Below are positions 16,126 through 24,276 of a stretch of 32,000 nt of DNA, piece by piece (within the stretch, counting starts at the first letter, position 1; every line of letters begins with the position of its first letter). The translations under genes and the position numbers were made by a program. The DNA lies in the NCBI GenBank assembly GCA_030167145.1, contig CP126532.1, forward strand, positions 2,460,001 to 2,492,000, given 5' to 3'. Under the pieces are notes generated by a model. It was not told where the DNA came from and ran no database searches. It saw only the letters and a list, made by a program, of their open reading frames with translations. Origin of the DNA: Ktedonobacterales bacterium. GTDB taxonomy: Bacteria > Chloroflexota > Ktedonobacteria > Ktedonobacterales > JADMIN01.

Positions 16126-16952
16126 GGGACGGGCGTGGCGGGAGCGATGATCTGGAATGGGTCCGTAGTGAGACGATATGAGTCGCCAATAGTAAGCTGG
16201 TATTTCCCCGGCGGCGTGGTGGCTGGCAATTTCACCGCCAAGTTAAAGCTATCTGGCGTGCCGCCGGTGTTCGTTGTGGCGGTGAACGAGAGCGGCACAG
16301 GGTTGGAGCCGTCCGATTGTGACACGAGCGCGACTGACGTGGGGGCCGCGTGGTTGGGGGTGCTCCAGTTCGAGACGACAACAGTGATCGTGGATCCTGC
16401 GGGCGCTCCTCCAGCAGGGACCATCGCAAATGAGGAAGGTGGAGTTGTATTCCCTCTCCCTGGTGTAGCCGTTGGCGTGGCCGAGGAGCTTGCGGTCACA
16501 GTGAATGGGTCATTTGACTGCGCTGTATCACCGGAACCACTTTGTGGCGACGCGCAGAGCCAGTACTGGCCAGAGGCGAAGGCGCTGGGCCAGTTGAATT
16601 GCACGTGGCCGCCTTGTCCGCCAACCGTGACCGGACTGAGGCCAGGGATGGGTTGCGCCGAGGAACAGCCGCCCTGCGTGGGGTCTGTGCTGGTAGCGCG
16701 GAGAAGATACGCCTGAGTAGTGGATGAAGAGAGATTAATCGTGATGGTTACCTGTGTTCCGACGGGGCCATTTGATGGTGTAATCGTAATATTGCCCGCA
16801 GATCCCGCAAGAGCTTGCCGCGCAGGGAACGACCAGAGCATGAGCAGCAGAGCGCAGATCACGCCAAGCAGCGCGACGAGGTGGAGGCGTTGGCCTGAAC
16901 GACCTATCCACCCTACTGGCAGCGCAACGGCCCGATATAAACGTCTGTGCAT
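16122..16952 (-). CDS. Secreted/anchored protein with two Ig-like (IPT/TIG-like) beta-sandwich segments; hypothetical
   Basis: N-terminal signal/anchor LHLVALLGVICALLLMLWSF ... ALAGS. Two segments of the type ITITPSNGPVGTQVTITI and GAPAGSTITVVVSNW are separated by a Ser/Thr/Pro linker. Confidence 0.68.
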   Translation of the reverse strand: MHRRLYRAVALPVGWIGRSGQRLHLVALLGVICALLLMLWSFPARQALAGSAGNITITPSNGPVGTQVTITINLSSSTTQAYLLRATSTDPTQGGCSSAQPIPGLSPVTVGGQGGHVQFNWPSAFASGQYWLCASPQSGSGDTAQSNDPFTVTASSSATPTATPGRGNTTPPSSFAMVPAGGAPAGSTITVVVSNWSTPNHAAPTSVALVSQSDGSNPVPLSFTATTNTGGTPDSFNLAVKLPATTPPGKYQLTIGDSYRLTTDPFQIIAPATPVP

Positions 16953-16972
16953 AACCGTATCCTTTGTGATGG

Positions 16973-17017
16973 CTGTTGTGCTACCAACTGGCGATTATAT
17001 CAGCAATAGCACAACAG
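16973..17017 (-). promoter_or_regulatory. Extended -10 promoter (TGATATAAT) nested in a perfect 11-bp inverted repeat
   Basis: CTGTTGTGCTA (16973-16983) and TAGCACAACAG (17007-17017) flank a 23-bp spacer. On the minus strand the spacer reads TGATATAAT, about 35-40 nt upstream of ATG 16952. Confidence 0.42.
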
Positions 17018-17040
17018 CACTTGTGTCATCGTGCCGCTTA

Positions 17041-17250
17041 TCAGACGAGCGAGCCGTTACCGTTGTTGTTGATGATGCCATTGTAAAGTTGGCTCTGACT
17101 CACTGTGAAGAGGCCATAGCCGTTCGAGCCGCACTCCGTTCCGCACGTATCGAGGTAGGTATACGTGCTATTGGTATTGTTGTAGCCAATGATGGCTACA
17201 TAGTGGCTCACGACGTGGTCTGTGCTCCAGTTGGAGAGATACTGCCCCTG
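17041..17250 (-). pseudogene. Orphan 3' fragment of a papain-fold (C39-like) peptidase gene
   Basis: 69 sense codons run between the acyltransferase TAG (17251-17253) and TGA-TAA (17041-17043, 17038-17040). Translation: QGQYLSNWSTDHVVSHYVAIIGYNNTNSTYTYLDTCGTECGSNGYGLFTVSQSQLYNGIINNNGNGSLV. The H-x-V-hydrophobic-GY motif resembles the catalytic-His strand of C39-like peptidases. There is no N-terminal Cys-containing half and no start codion long enough to appear in the track. G+C is visibly lower than the flanks. Confidence 0.42.
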
Positions 17251-18474
17251 CTATACCACGCTCGGCGCTAGCACGCGCTTCGGCTGCCCCCACCGCGCGC
17301 GAATCGCTCGCCGTGCCGGACGCTCGATATATCGGAAGCTCAAGCCAGCCACCGCCAGCAGTAGCAGCCCATACACTGGCACGATGATAACATTATCTGG
17401 CGCAAAATTGAACGTCTTCTCGGCGAATCCACTCAAGAGTTCCCAGAGCGGCACATGCAAGATGTAGATGCCGTAGCTGATCTCCCCCAGCCAGACTACC
17501 ACCGGAATAGAGAGCACACGCGCGGTGATCCCACGCTTGAACGCCAGCACATACATCAGCGCCGCCAGCAACGGCAGAGCGAACGGCGCCATGCTGTCGT
17601 AGTCCATCGTCATCAGCCCCAGCTTATACAACGCCAGCAGCAGCGCCGCAAGGCAGAGCGCCACCCCGATCACCACGGCATCGAAGGCCAGCCCGCTCAT
17701 GCGCCGTGCCCGCGATACAGTACTCGCGCTACGCTTGACGAACAACAGACCAAGCGCCATCCCCGCCAGAAATTCTGGCAGGCTGACGAGCGGATTGTAG
17801 CGCACGACCGATGACCACCACGATTGTTCCGCCAGCCCCGTCTGCCCGCCAGCGAACACCAGCAAATACATATCCAGCCCAAAAAGCAGCCACGATCCGA
17901 TGAACAGCACCCACAAGCCGCGCCGTCCCTGCCGCGCGAAGAGCGGCAACAGTAAGGGAAAAAGCGCATAGAAGAGCGCTTCGACCGAGAGGCTCCAACT
18001 CGGCTGATTCCAATCGAGCGTCGAAGGTAGCCAGGCATGTATCATCAGCAGATGCGCGACGCCTGACGTCACCACATCCCACGGATTGGCATGCTGCGAC
18101 ATATAGGGCCAGAAGGCGAGAAGCAGCCCAAGTAAATAGACCGGATAAATGCGCGCGATTCGCGCCACCCAAAACGCCTGACGGCTGCCACGCAGCGTAC
18201 CCTTGGTGGTGGTGTAAGTATAGGCGAGAATGAAACCAGAGAGCAGAAAGAAAAAGTCAACCGCGAGATGCCCTTGCAAAATCAGCACATCGAAAGGCGT
18301 GTGATGGCCGTAGATATAGTGTATCTCTTCCTTCAGTGCGGTGAAACGAAACTCAATGGTGTAGTGATAGACCACCACCCACAGCGCGGCCAAAAATCGT
18401 AAACCCGTCAACGGTTCCAATGATTGGCGCGTTACCTGTTTGCCGCCATACTCCTCAGTCACACTTGCCTCCAT
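17251..18474 (-). CDS. Acyltransferase family 3 (OafA/NolL-like integral-membrane O-acyltransferase)
   Basis: Start is ATG 18474; the track ORF extends to 18666. LTGLRFLAALWVVVYHY and GHLAVDFFFLLSGFIL are hallmark AT3 motifs. About 10 TM spans. Confidence 0.9.
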   Translation of the reverse strand: MEASVTEEYGGKQVTRQSLEPLTGLRFLAALWVVVYHYTIEFRFTALKEEIHYIYGHHTPFDVLILQGHLAVDFFFLLSGFILAYTYTTTKGTLRGSRQAFWVARIARIYPVYLLGLLLAFWPYMSQHANPWDVVTSGVAHLLMIHAWLPSTLDWNQPSWSLSVEALFYALFPLLLPLFARQGRRGLWVLFIGSWLLFGLDMYLLVFAGGQTGLAEQSWWSSVVRYNPLVSLPEFLAGMALGLLFVKRSASTVSRARRMSGLAFDAVVIGVALCLAALLLALYKLGLMTMDYDSMAPFALPLLAALMYVLAFKRGITARVLSIPVVVWLGEISYGIYILHVPLWELLSGFAEKTFNFAPDNVIIVPVYGLLLLAVAGLSFRYIERPARRAIRARWGQPKRVLAPSVV

Positions 18475-18740
18475 ACCACAGCCTCGCATCATGAGCCAAT
18501 GGTGCGAACCCAGTGTAGCATGGGGCGCAACAGCTAACCATAGGCGAAAAACACGGAATAGAACGGCGTCAAACGCCCTATCTTGCCCTCGGTTCTGTAT
18601 CCCATGCAGCCCATCTGGGCCAGCGCACCCGTCCGCCATCCACGCGCGTGCGCCGCCCGCGCGCAATCCAGGATTCCTTCGCCCCCGCTCTCGCGTGCTA
18701 TAGTGCGAACGTCACCTGTATGGAAAGCGAGCGCACCCCC

Positions 18741-18809
18741 ATGCCCGTCCTTCGCCTGGAGCATCTCGTGCTCACCATGCGCGACATAACGCCAGTCTAT
18801 ACCCCATAA
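18741..18809 (+). pseudogene. Possible N-terminal remnant of a VOC (glyoxalase/bleomycin-resistance) family gene
   Basis: ATG 18741 to TAA 18807-18809 encodes MPVLRLEHLVLTMRDITPVYTP. L-x-H-L-V-L-T-V-R-D-I is the typical first beta-strand of VOC proteins. The frame stops after 22 codons, 13 nt before the next gene. Confidence 0.3.
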
Positions 18810-18822
18810 AGTGAGGGCGAGT

Positions 18823-19713
18823 ATGCTGCGGGATGAACATGAACCCACCACTGCCCCCGGCTACATCGGCGCGCGCGACCCCGGCGAAGCCGAACGTCTC
18901 GTCGCGCAAGAGGCGGGCGGCCTCGAAGAGCTACGCGCCGCGCTGGCGCTGCACTCCCCAGGAACCACCCCGCGCGTCCTCGAACTCGGCTGCGGCTCCG
19001 GCGTCTTCACGCGCGCCTTGCTGGCCGCGCTCCCCGCCGCCACCATCACCGCCACCGACCGCGACCCGCGCCTGCTAGAGGCCGCCCGCGCTGCATTGGC
19101 CACCGCAACGCATGCGAAGCGCGTCACCTTCGCGCAGGCAGATGCGGCCGGCCTGCCATTCCCGGCCCGCGCCTTCGACCTCGTCGCCTGCCGCTGCCTG
19201 CTGATGCACACACCCGACCCACTGGCTGTCACCGGCGAGATGTTCCGCGTCGCCGCTGTCGGTGGCGTCGCCCTGGCCATCGAGCCAGATTGGGGCGCGC
19301 GTGCCCTCTACCCCGACGCCGAAGCCCTCGCCGAACTGCTCACGCTGGCGCGGCGCGCGCGCGCCTACGGCTTCCCCGATCTGCTGCTGGGCCGTAAACT
19401 CTTCGCCCTCTTCCGCGCCTCCGGCTTCACCGCCATCCAGGTCCACGCCACGGCCTTCAGCGAAACCGCCGCACAAGTCGCAGCCACAGATGACGACACC
19501 GCGACCACCATCACCGGACCAGAGCGGCTCCTCGCGCAGGGGCGCGCGCTGCTGCGCCAAGCAAGCCTCGCCGACGACGCCGCGCTCGACGCCCTCATCG
19601 CGCGGCTCACCGCCACGCGCCAGCATCCCGAATACTTCTCAGCCGGTATGGACTTCGCGGCGGTCGGCGTCAAACCCTCCCTACTCCTCGCCGAAAGCGA
19701 ACGCTACGGCTGA
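18823..19713 (+). CDS. Class I SAM-dependent methyltransferase
   Basis: ATG 18823 is preceded by GAGGG. Motif I VLELGCGSGVFT, then ITATDRD, then FDLVACRCLLMH. Confidence 0.85.
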   Translation: MLRDEHEPTTAPGYIGARDPGEAERLVAQEAGGLEELRAALALHSPGTTPRVLELGCGSGVFTRALLAALPAATITATDRDPRLLEAARAALATATHAKRVTFAQADAAGLPFPARAFDLVACRCLLMHTPDPLAVTGEMFRVAAVGGVALAIEPDWGARALYPDAEALAELLTLARRARAYGFPDLLLGRKLFALFRASGFTAIQVHATAFSETAAQVAATDDDTATTITGPERLLAQGRALLRQASLADDAALDALIARLTATRQHPEYFSAGMDFAAVGVKPSLLLAESERYG

Positions 19714-21041
19714 CCCGCGCTCACAATCTCGCGCAGCGCGGCCACCATGCGCTCCACCTCGTCCGCCGTGTTGTAGTGCGCCAGCCCAATCCGCAGTGCC
19801 CCGCCGTGCTCTTCCAGGCCAAGCTGCTCCATCAGGCTCACGGCGTAATAGTTGCCGTCCCACGCGAAGATGCCACGCTCACCCAGCGCCTCCGCCAGGG
19901 CGCGCGGCGCGTAGCCATCAACCGTCAAGATCACCGTCGGCACACGGCGCGGCAGATCATCCGCCGCCGTCAACCCGTAGAGATGTGCGCCCGGCAGCGT
20001 CGCCAGACCCGCAATCAGTCGCGCGACGAGCGCCCGCTCGTGCTCCTGAATCGCCGCCAGCGCCACATGCAATTCCAGACGGCGCCCCGTCATCTCTGCG
20101 AATCGCGCCCCGTAGCGGTCGGCATGCTCGCGGCCCAGGCTCGCCAGATAGGTCAGCGTCGCCACCAGCCCCGCCAGGCACTCGTGGTTCTGCGTGCCCG
20201 TCTCCCACTTCCCCGGCGGCACGGGGTCCGACGGGCGCACCTTATACGCCGGTATGCTTTCCAGCAACTCCAGCCGCCCATAGAGGATGCCCAGATGCGG
20301 CCCAAAGAACTTGTACGCCGAACACGCCAGAAAATCGCAGCCCAGCGCCTGCACATCAATCGGCGCGTGTGGCGCATACTGCACCGCGTCCACAAACGAG
20401 AGCGCGCCCACCTCGCGCGCCCAGCGCACAATCGTCGCCACATCGTTGATCGTGCCCGACGCATTCGAGGCATAGCCCACCGCGACGACCTTCGTCTTCT
20501 CGGTGATCTTCGCGCGCAGATCGTCCATATTCAGCGTGCAGGTGGCCGTATCCACCGCCGCCACACGCACCACCAGCCCGCGCTCTTCTTGCAGCGCCAG
20601 CCACGGCGCCACATTCGCATCGTGGTCCATCGCCGTAATCACGATCTCATCGCCCGGCTTCAGCGTCCGCCCGATGGCGCGGCTCAGCGCGAATGTCAGC
20701 GTCGTCATATTCGGCCCGAAGACAATCTCGCGCGGGTCACGCGCGTTGAGCAGGTCGGCCATGCCAGCGCGGGCATCGTCCAGCATCGCGTCGGTGCGCG
20801 CGCTGGTCAGGAACGCGCCGTGGGTATTGGCGTTGGCGCTCGCCAGATACGCCGCGATGGCGTCAATGCACTCTTGCGGCGTCTGGGTGCCGCCAGGATT
20901 GTCGGCAAAGATCACCGGCTGGCCATGCATCTCCATCGCCAGCGACGGAAAATGCGCGCGGGCGGACCCCAGATCCGGCGCGGGCGCGCCACCGACGGCA
21001 GGCATAGCAGTAGCGTCAGGCGTGGTAGTCGAGTCAGGCAT
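19704..21041 (-). CDS. Class-V aminotransferase fold PLP enzyme (cysteine desulfurase-like)
   Basis: Start is ATG 21041 (GAGGGG upstream); TTG 21065 is an alternative. FADNPGGTQTP, ITAMDHDANV, and the PLP-lysine context CSAYKFFGPHLG. The 3' end overlaps the convergent methyltransferase by 10 nt. Confidence 0.9.
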   Translation of the reverse strand: MPDSTTTPDATAMPAVGGAPAPDLGSARAHFPSLAMEMHGQPVIFADNPGGTQTPQECIDAIAAYLASANANTHGAFLTSARTDAMLDDARAGMADLLNARDPREIVFGPNMTTLTFALSRAIGRTLKPGDEIVITAMDHDANVAPWLALQEERGLVVRVAAVDTATCTLNMDDLRAKITEKTKVVAVGYASNASGTINDVATIVRWAREVGALSFVDAVQYAPHAPIDVQALGCDFLACSAYKFFGPHLGILYGRLELLESIPAYKVRPSDPVPPGKWETGTQNHECLAGLVATLTYLASLGREHADRYGARFAEMTGRRLELHVALAAIQEHERALVARLIAGLATLPGAHLYGLTAADDLPRRVPTVILTVDGYAPRALAEALGERGIFAWDGNYYAVSLMEQLGLEEHGGALRIGLAHYNTADEVERMVAALREIVSAGQP

Positions 21042-21182
21042 AGATGGATTACCCCTCGTTGGCAAGTTCCCGAATCACATGGACACGGACGTAGCATAGC
21101 ACAGCGCCCTATCAGCCCTCCGCGTGGAACACCAGGAGTGAATGCAATAGCTCAGCAACAATGCTGATATTTCCACACCCTC

Positions 21183-21211
21183 TTGTGTTTCCGGCGCTAA
21201 CCCGCTAGAAT
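21183..21211 (+). promoter_or_regulatory. Candidate sigma70-type promoter TTGTGT-17-TAGAAT
   Basis: -35 TTGTGT is at 21183-21188, followed by a 17-nt spacer and -10 TAGAAT at 21206-21211. It lies about 130 nt upstream of the 21340 start. Confidence 0.4.
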
Positions 21212-21339
21212 GCACGGAGCAGTCCGCCACCGCCAGGTCGGCGCGCGCCTCGCCCAAACTATGGCGCACAGGCTGCAAGCTGGTCTTATGTGCATATACA
21301 AGTGCCACGACGTTGTGGCGGAAAGTGGAAGGGTCATCA

Positions 21340-22275
21340 GTGGAGACAGCGACTGAAACCAAAGTCCAGCGTGTCGGACTCTCCCGTGCGAGCCTCTCAA
21401 TTATCGTATTGGGCTTAATCGCGCTAGCCATCCCCATCGGCTACACCCTCTTTGCCAGCGCCTCCGGCAACGTGACACTGGCCTCAGCCGATGACATCAC
21501 GAATCTGCTGCGCAATGGTCTCGTGCTGACCGTCGTCGCGGCGGCCCTGGGCGTGCTCGGCCTCCTGCTGCACCTGCTCGCCAATGGTATCCGCAAGATC
21601 ATCCAGATGGCCTTCTCCGTGCTCGTGATTGTCGCGGCGCTCGTCTTCCTGTTCGTCATGGTGCTGCCACGCGTGAACACCATCCAGAACCTGAACGACA
21701 AGATCGTGCCGTTCGCCACCACCATGCGCGATTACTGCCAGACGCCGCTCAACCAAACGCACGCCGACCTCCTCGACGCGCTCAACCGCACCCAGGGCGC
21801 GGCTGACGACGCCACCTTCGCCGCTGCGATGCAGTCGGCGGTCACTGCCCTGCAAAAGGACTCGACCGACCTCACCAACGCGTTGACCAAACTCAACGCC
21901 ACCACCGCGCCCGACTCGAAATATCAGGATCTGCTCAATGATTGCAAAGCCACCGTCCAGGCCCAGAACGACTTCCTGAGCAATCCCAACGGCGCGAACG
22001 CCATCCCGCTGCCCCCGCCATTCAACGCCCTGGCGGCGAAGGTGGACGGTATTGACCTGCTCAAGAACTCCGGCGCCATCGCGGCTGGTCTCGCGCCGCT
22101 CAAGGTTCCCGCAGGCACGATGGAGCCGCTAGTGGCCCAGGCACTCACCCAGGTCGTCTCCGTCACCAACCCCAAACTCACCGCCGAGGGCGACCAGCTT
22201 AGCAATGACATCAGCGACACCCTGACCAACAATCTGGCCCCGTTCAAAGTAGACACCGCTAGCATCGTCGGCTAG
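21340..22275 (+). CDS. Membrane protein with 3 N-terminal TM helices and a helical extracytoplasmic domain; hypothetical
   Basis: GTG 21340 has SD GGAAGGG 7 nt upstream; the track start is TTG 21313. TM spans: LSIIVLGLIALAIPIGYTLF, LVLTVVAAALGVLGLLLHLL, FSVLVIVAALVFLFVMVL. Confidence 0.68.
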   Translation: METATETKVQRVGLSRASLSIIVLGLIALAIPIGYTLFASASGNVTLASADDITNLLRNGLVLTVVAAALGVLGLLLHLLANGIRKIIQMAFSVLVIVAALVFLFVMVLPRVNTIQNLNDKIVPFATTMRDYCQTPLNQTHADLLDALNRTQGAADDATFAAAMQSAVTALQKDSTDLTNALTKLNATTAPDSKYQDLLNDCKATVQAQNDFLSNPNGANAIPLPPPFNALAAKVDGIDLLKNSGAIAAGLAPLKVPAGTMEPLVAQALTQVVSVTNPKLTAEGDQLSNDISDTLTNNLAPFKVDTASIVG

Positions 22276-22305
22276 CCACTACCCGCAACCAGCCTGATCC
22301 ATCCC

Positions 22306-22350
22306 GACACCGCACGAAACCACTGGTTCCGCGCGGTGTCCTATTTTTTC
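22306..22350 (+). terminator. Rho-independent terminator
   Basis: GACACCGC (22306-22313) pairs with GCGGTGTC (22333-22340). There is additional inner pairing CGAAACCA/TGGTTCCG. The stem is followed by CTATTTTTTC. Confidence 0.72.
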
Positions 22351-22387
22351 GCGCTCATCCCAGCCAACCCGTCATCAAAACATCACT

Positions 22388-22417
22388 TTGACTATTCTTG
22401 AACTATTGTGGTAGCAT
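22388..22417 (+). promoter_or_regulatory. Candidate promoter of the arsR-arsM gene: TTGACT-18-TAGCAT with a TG extended -10
   Basis: -35 TTGACT is at 22388-22393 and TGGTAGCAT ends at 22417. The direct repeat TTGA(A)CTATT occurs twice within the spacer. The ATG lies 20 nt downstream at 22437. Confidence 0.45.
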
Positions 22418-22436
22418 CTCCGCAGAGGTGTTGCCC

Positions 22437-23705
22437 ATGATCGTTATTGACCGTGTAGCCCTGGCGCTCAGCGATCCCATCCGCCTGCGCATTCTCGATC
22501 TGCTGGCGGCGGGGCGCGATGCCGCATGCTGCTCGCCCGCGAACGCCGAAGCGCCAGAGGCCATCTGCGCCTGCGATCTGCTAGCCGCGCTGGATATCGC
22601 CCCCTCAAAGCTCTCGTATCACATGAAAGAACTGCGCGAGTCCGGCCTGACGCGCGAGCGCAAACGCGGGCGCTGGCATTACTACACCCTGGATACAGCG
22701 GCGCTGGACGGGTTCCGCGCCGCGCTGGAACAACGCTATCTGTCGGATAGGGCCATGGCCCAGAGGAGAGTTCCCATGTCGAATGATGCGGCGAATACTA
22801 CGGAAGCTGACGCCACGCGAGCCAGCGAGAACGCGGAAATTACCGAGGCCGTGCGGGCGCGCTACGGCGGCATCGCCGTCAGCGTCTTGCAGGGGCAGGA
22901 GCAAGCGGCAAGTTGCTGCGGCGACACAAGCGCCAGCGCGGACGCCGCGTGCTGTGGCGGCAGTGCAACGACGACCGGTGACCGTATCTCAGCGGGCCTC
23001 TACGCGGCGAATGAGCTAGACGGCGTGCCGCTGAAAGCTGCGCTGGCTTCGCTTGGCTGCGGCAATCCCACCGCGCTAGCGGAGCTGCATGCGGGCGAGA
23101 CCGTGCTCGATCTCGGCAGCGGTGGTGGCATTGACGTGCTGCTCTCCGCACGCCGTGTTGGGCCAACGGGCTTCGCCTACGGTCTGGATATGACCGATGA
23201 GATGCTCGATCTGGCGCGCAAAAATGCCGCCGAGGCAGACGCGACCAACGTCGCATTCCTCAAGGGCGACATCGCCGCCATCCCCCTGCCCGACGCCAGC
23301 GTAGACGTCATCATCTCCAACTGCGTCATCAACCTCGCGGCGGACAAAGCGCCGGTGCTGCGCGAAGCCTTCCGCGTGCTGAAGCCGGGCGGGCGCTTCG
23401 CCGTCTCCGATATCGTCATTCACGGCGGCCTGCCAGCCGATCTGCTGGATACCGCTGAACTGCGGCGCGACCTCTCCTCCTGGGCAGGCTGCATCGCCGG
23501 CGCACTGACTGACGAAGAATACCGCTCTGGGCTGATCGCCGCTGGCTTCACCGACATAGACCTCGAAGTCACCCGCCACTACAGCGTTTCCGACCTCGGC
23601 ACGCCGACACCAGCCTGGGTCGCGCGGCTGGGCGACGATCTCGCCACCCGCGTCGTCGCGAGCTTTGCCAGCACCTTCGTCCGCGCCCGCAAACCAACCG
23701 CCTGA
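22437..23705 (+). CDS. arsM: ArsR-family metalloregulator fused in-frame to arsenite S-adenosylmethionine methyltransferase (ArsM)
   Basis: ATG 22437 (SD AGAGGTG). N-terminal wHTH: DPIRLRILDLL, ICACDLLAAL, SKLSYHMKELRESGL, WHYYTL. C-terminal ArsM: Cys pairs SCCG/ACCGG, LGCGNP, SAM motif VLDLGSGGGID, SNCVINL, WAGCIAG. No stop lies between the domains. An internal SD+ATG is at 22762-22778. Confidence 0.85.
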   Translation: MIVIDRVALALSDPIRLRILDLLAAGRDAACCSPANAEAPEAICACDLLAALDIAPSKLSYHMKELRESGLTRERKRGRWHYYTLDTAALDGFRAALEQRYLSDRAMAQRRVPMSNDAANTTEADATRASENAEITEAVRARYGGIAVSVLQGQEQAASCCGDTSASADAACCGGSATTTGDRISAGLYAANELDGVPLKAALASLGCGNPTALAELHAGETVLDLGSGGGIDVLLSARRVGPTGFAYGLDMTDEMLDLARKNAAEADATNVAFLKGDIAAIPLPDASVDVIISNCVINLAADKAPVLREAFRVLKPGGRFAVSDIVIHGGLPADLLDTAELRRDLSSWAGCIAGALTDEEYRSGLIAAGFTDIDLEVTRHYSVSDLGTPTPAWVARLGDDLATRVVASFASTFVRARKPTA

Positions 23706-23728
23706 ACCAAACCAACCTCCATTATCTT

Positions 23729-23768
23729 GCCCCTGCTCCGCGACGGGAACAGGGGCGCACGCCTTTTG
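23729..23768 (+). terminator. Weak candidate terminator after arsR-arsM
   Basis: GCCCCTG (23729-23735) pairs with CAGGGGC (23750-23756) around a 14-nt loop. The T-run CTTTTG starts 7 nt after the stem, so the geometry is suboptimal. Confidence 0.3.
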
Positions 23769-23880
23769 TCCTGGGTCACCTGTGGCGCAATTCACAGGCG
23801 TGCGCCGCCCGAATCAAGTACACTTGTCCTTGTCGCGGTAGGTCGCTGTGTCTGCCGCAAAGCGAGAGGGGAAGTGCAGC

Positions 23881-24255
23881 ATGCGGAAGCTGGTAGCAAC
23901 ATTGTTCGTGCTGATGGTCACGCTGAGTCTTTCGGCCTGTTTTCCGGGTCAGCAGCAGGCATCCGCGCCGCTGCCCACGCCCGATACGGCGCTCGTCAGC
24001 GCCATCAGCCACAAGGTCGCCGCGCTCTACGGCGAGAGCAATCCCCAAATCGTCAGCGTCAAAGCCGATGTCACGGTAGACTCCACGCACGCGCCCATGG
24101 ATTCCGTCTTCCTGACTGGCTCCTTCCAGAAGGGGACGCTCCACGCCACCCACCTCAGCTTTTCGATGCTCGCCAGCGGAAAACAAGTCTGGGCCGTGCG
24201 CGCCTCCGACGACACCAACCAAACCATCTGGATAGACGATAGCATCACGGTGTAG
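23881..24255 (+). CDS. Lipoprotein, hypothetical
   Basis: ATG 23881 has SD GAGAGGGGAAG. Signal peptide MRKLVATLFVLMVTLSLSAC carries a lipobox. No family recognised. Confidence 0.7.
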   Translation: MRKLVATLFVLMVTLSLSACFPGQQQASAPLPTPDTALVSAISHKVAALYGESNPQIVSVKADVTVDSTHAPMDSVFLTGSFQKGTLHATHLSFSMLASGKQVWAVRASDDTNQTIWIDDSITV

Positions 24256-24276
24256 AACGCATCCCACACAACATGA

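Noticed and set aside
19704-19713. 10-nt overlap of the convergent methyltransferase and PLP-enzyme 3' ends as a regulatory feature
   Set aside because: Short convergent overlaps are common in compact high-GC genomes, and no associated structure was seen.
19262-21167. 395-aa and 463-aa plus-strand ORFs (19262-20449, 19776-21167)
   Set aside because: They are antisense to, or out of frame with, the well-supported methyltransferase and class-V PLP enzyme genes. Their translations are extreme Arg/Pro/Ser/Ala low-complexity sequence.
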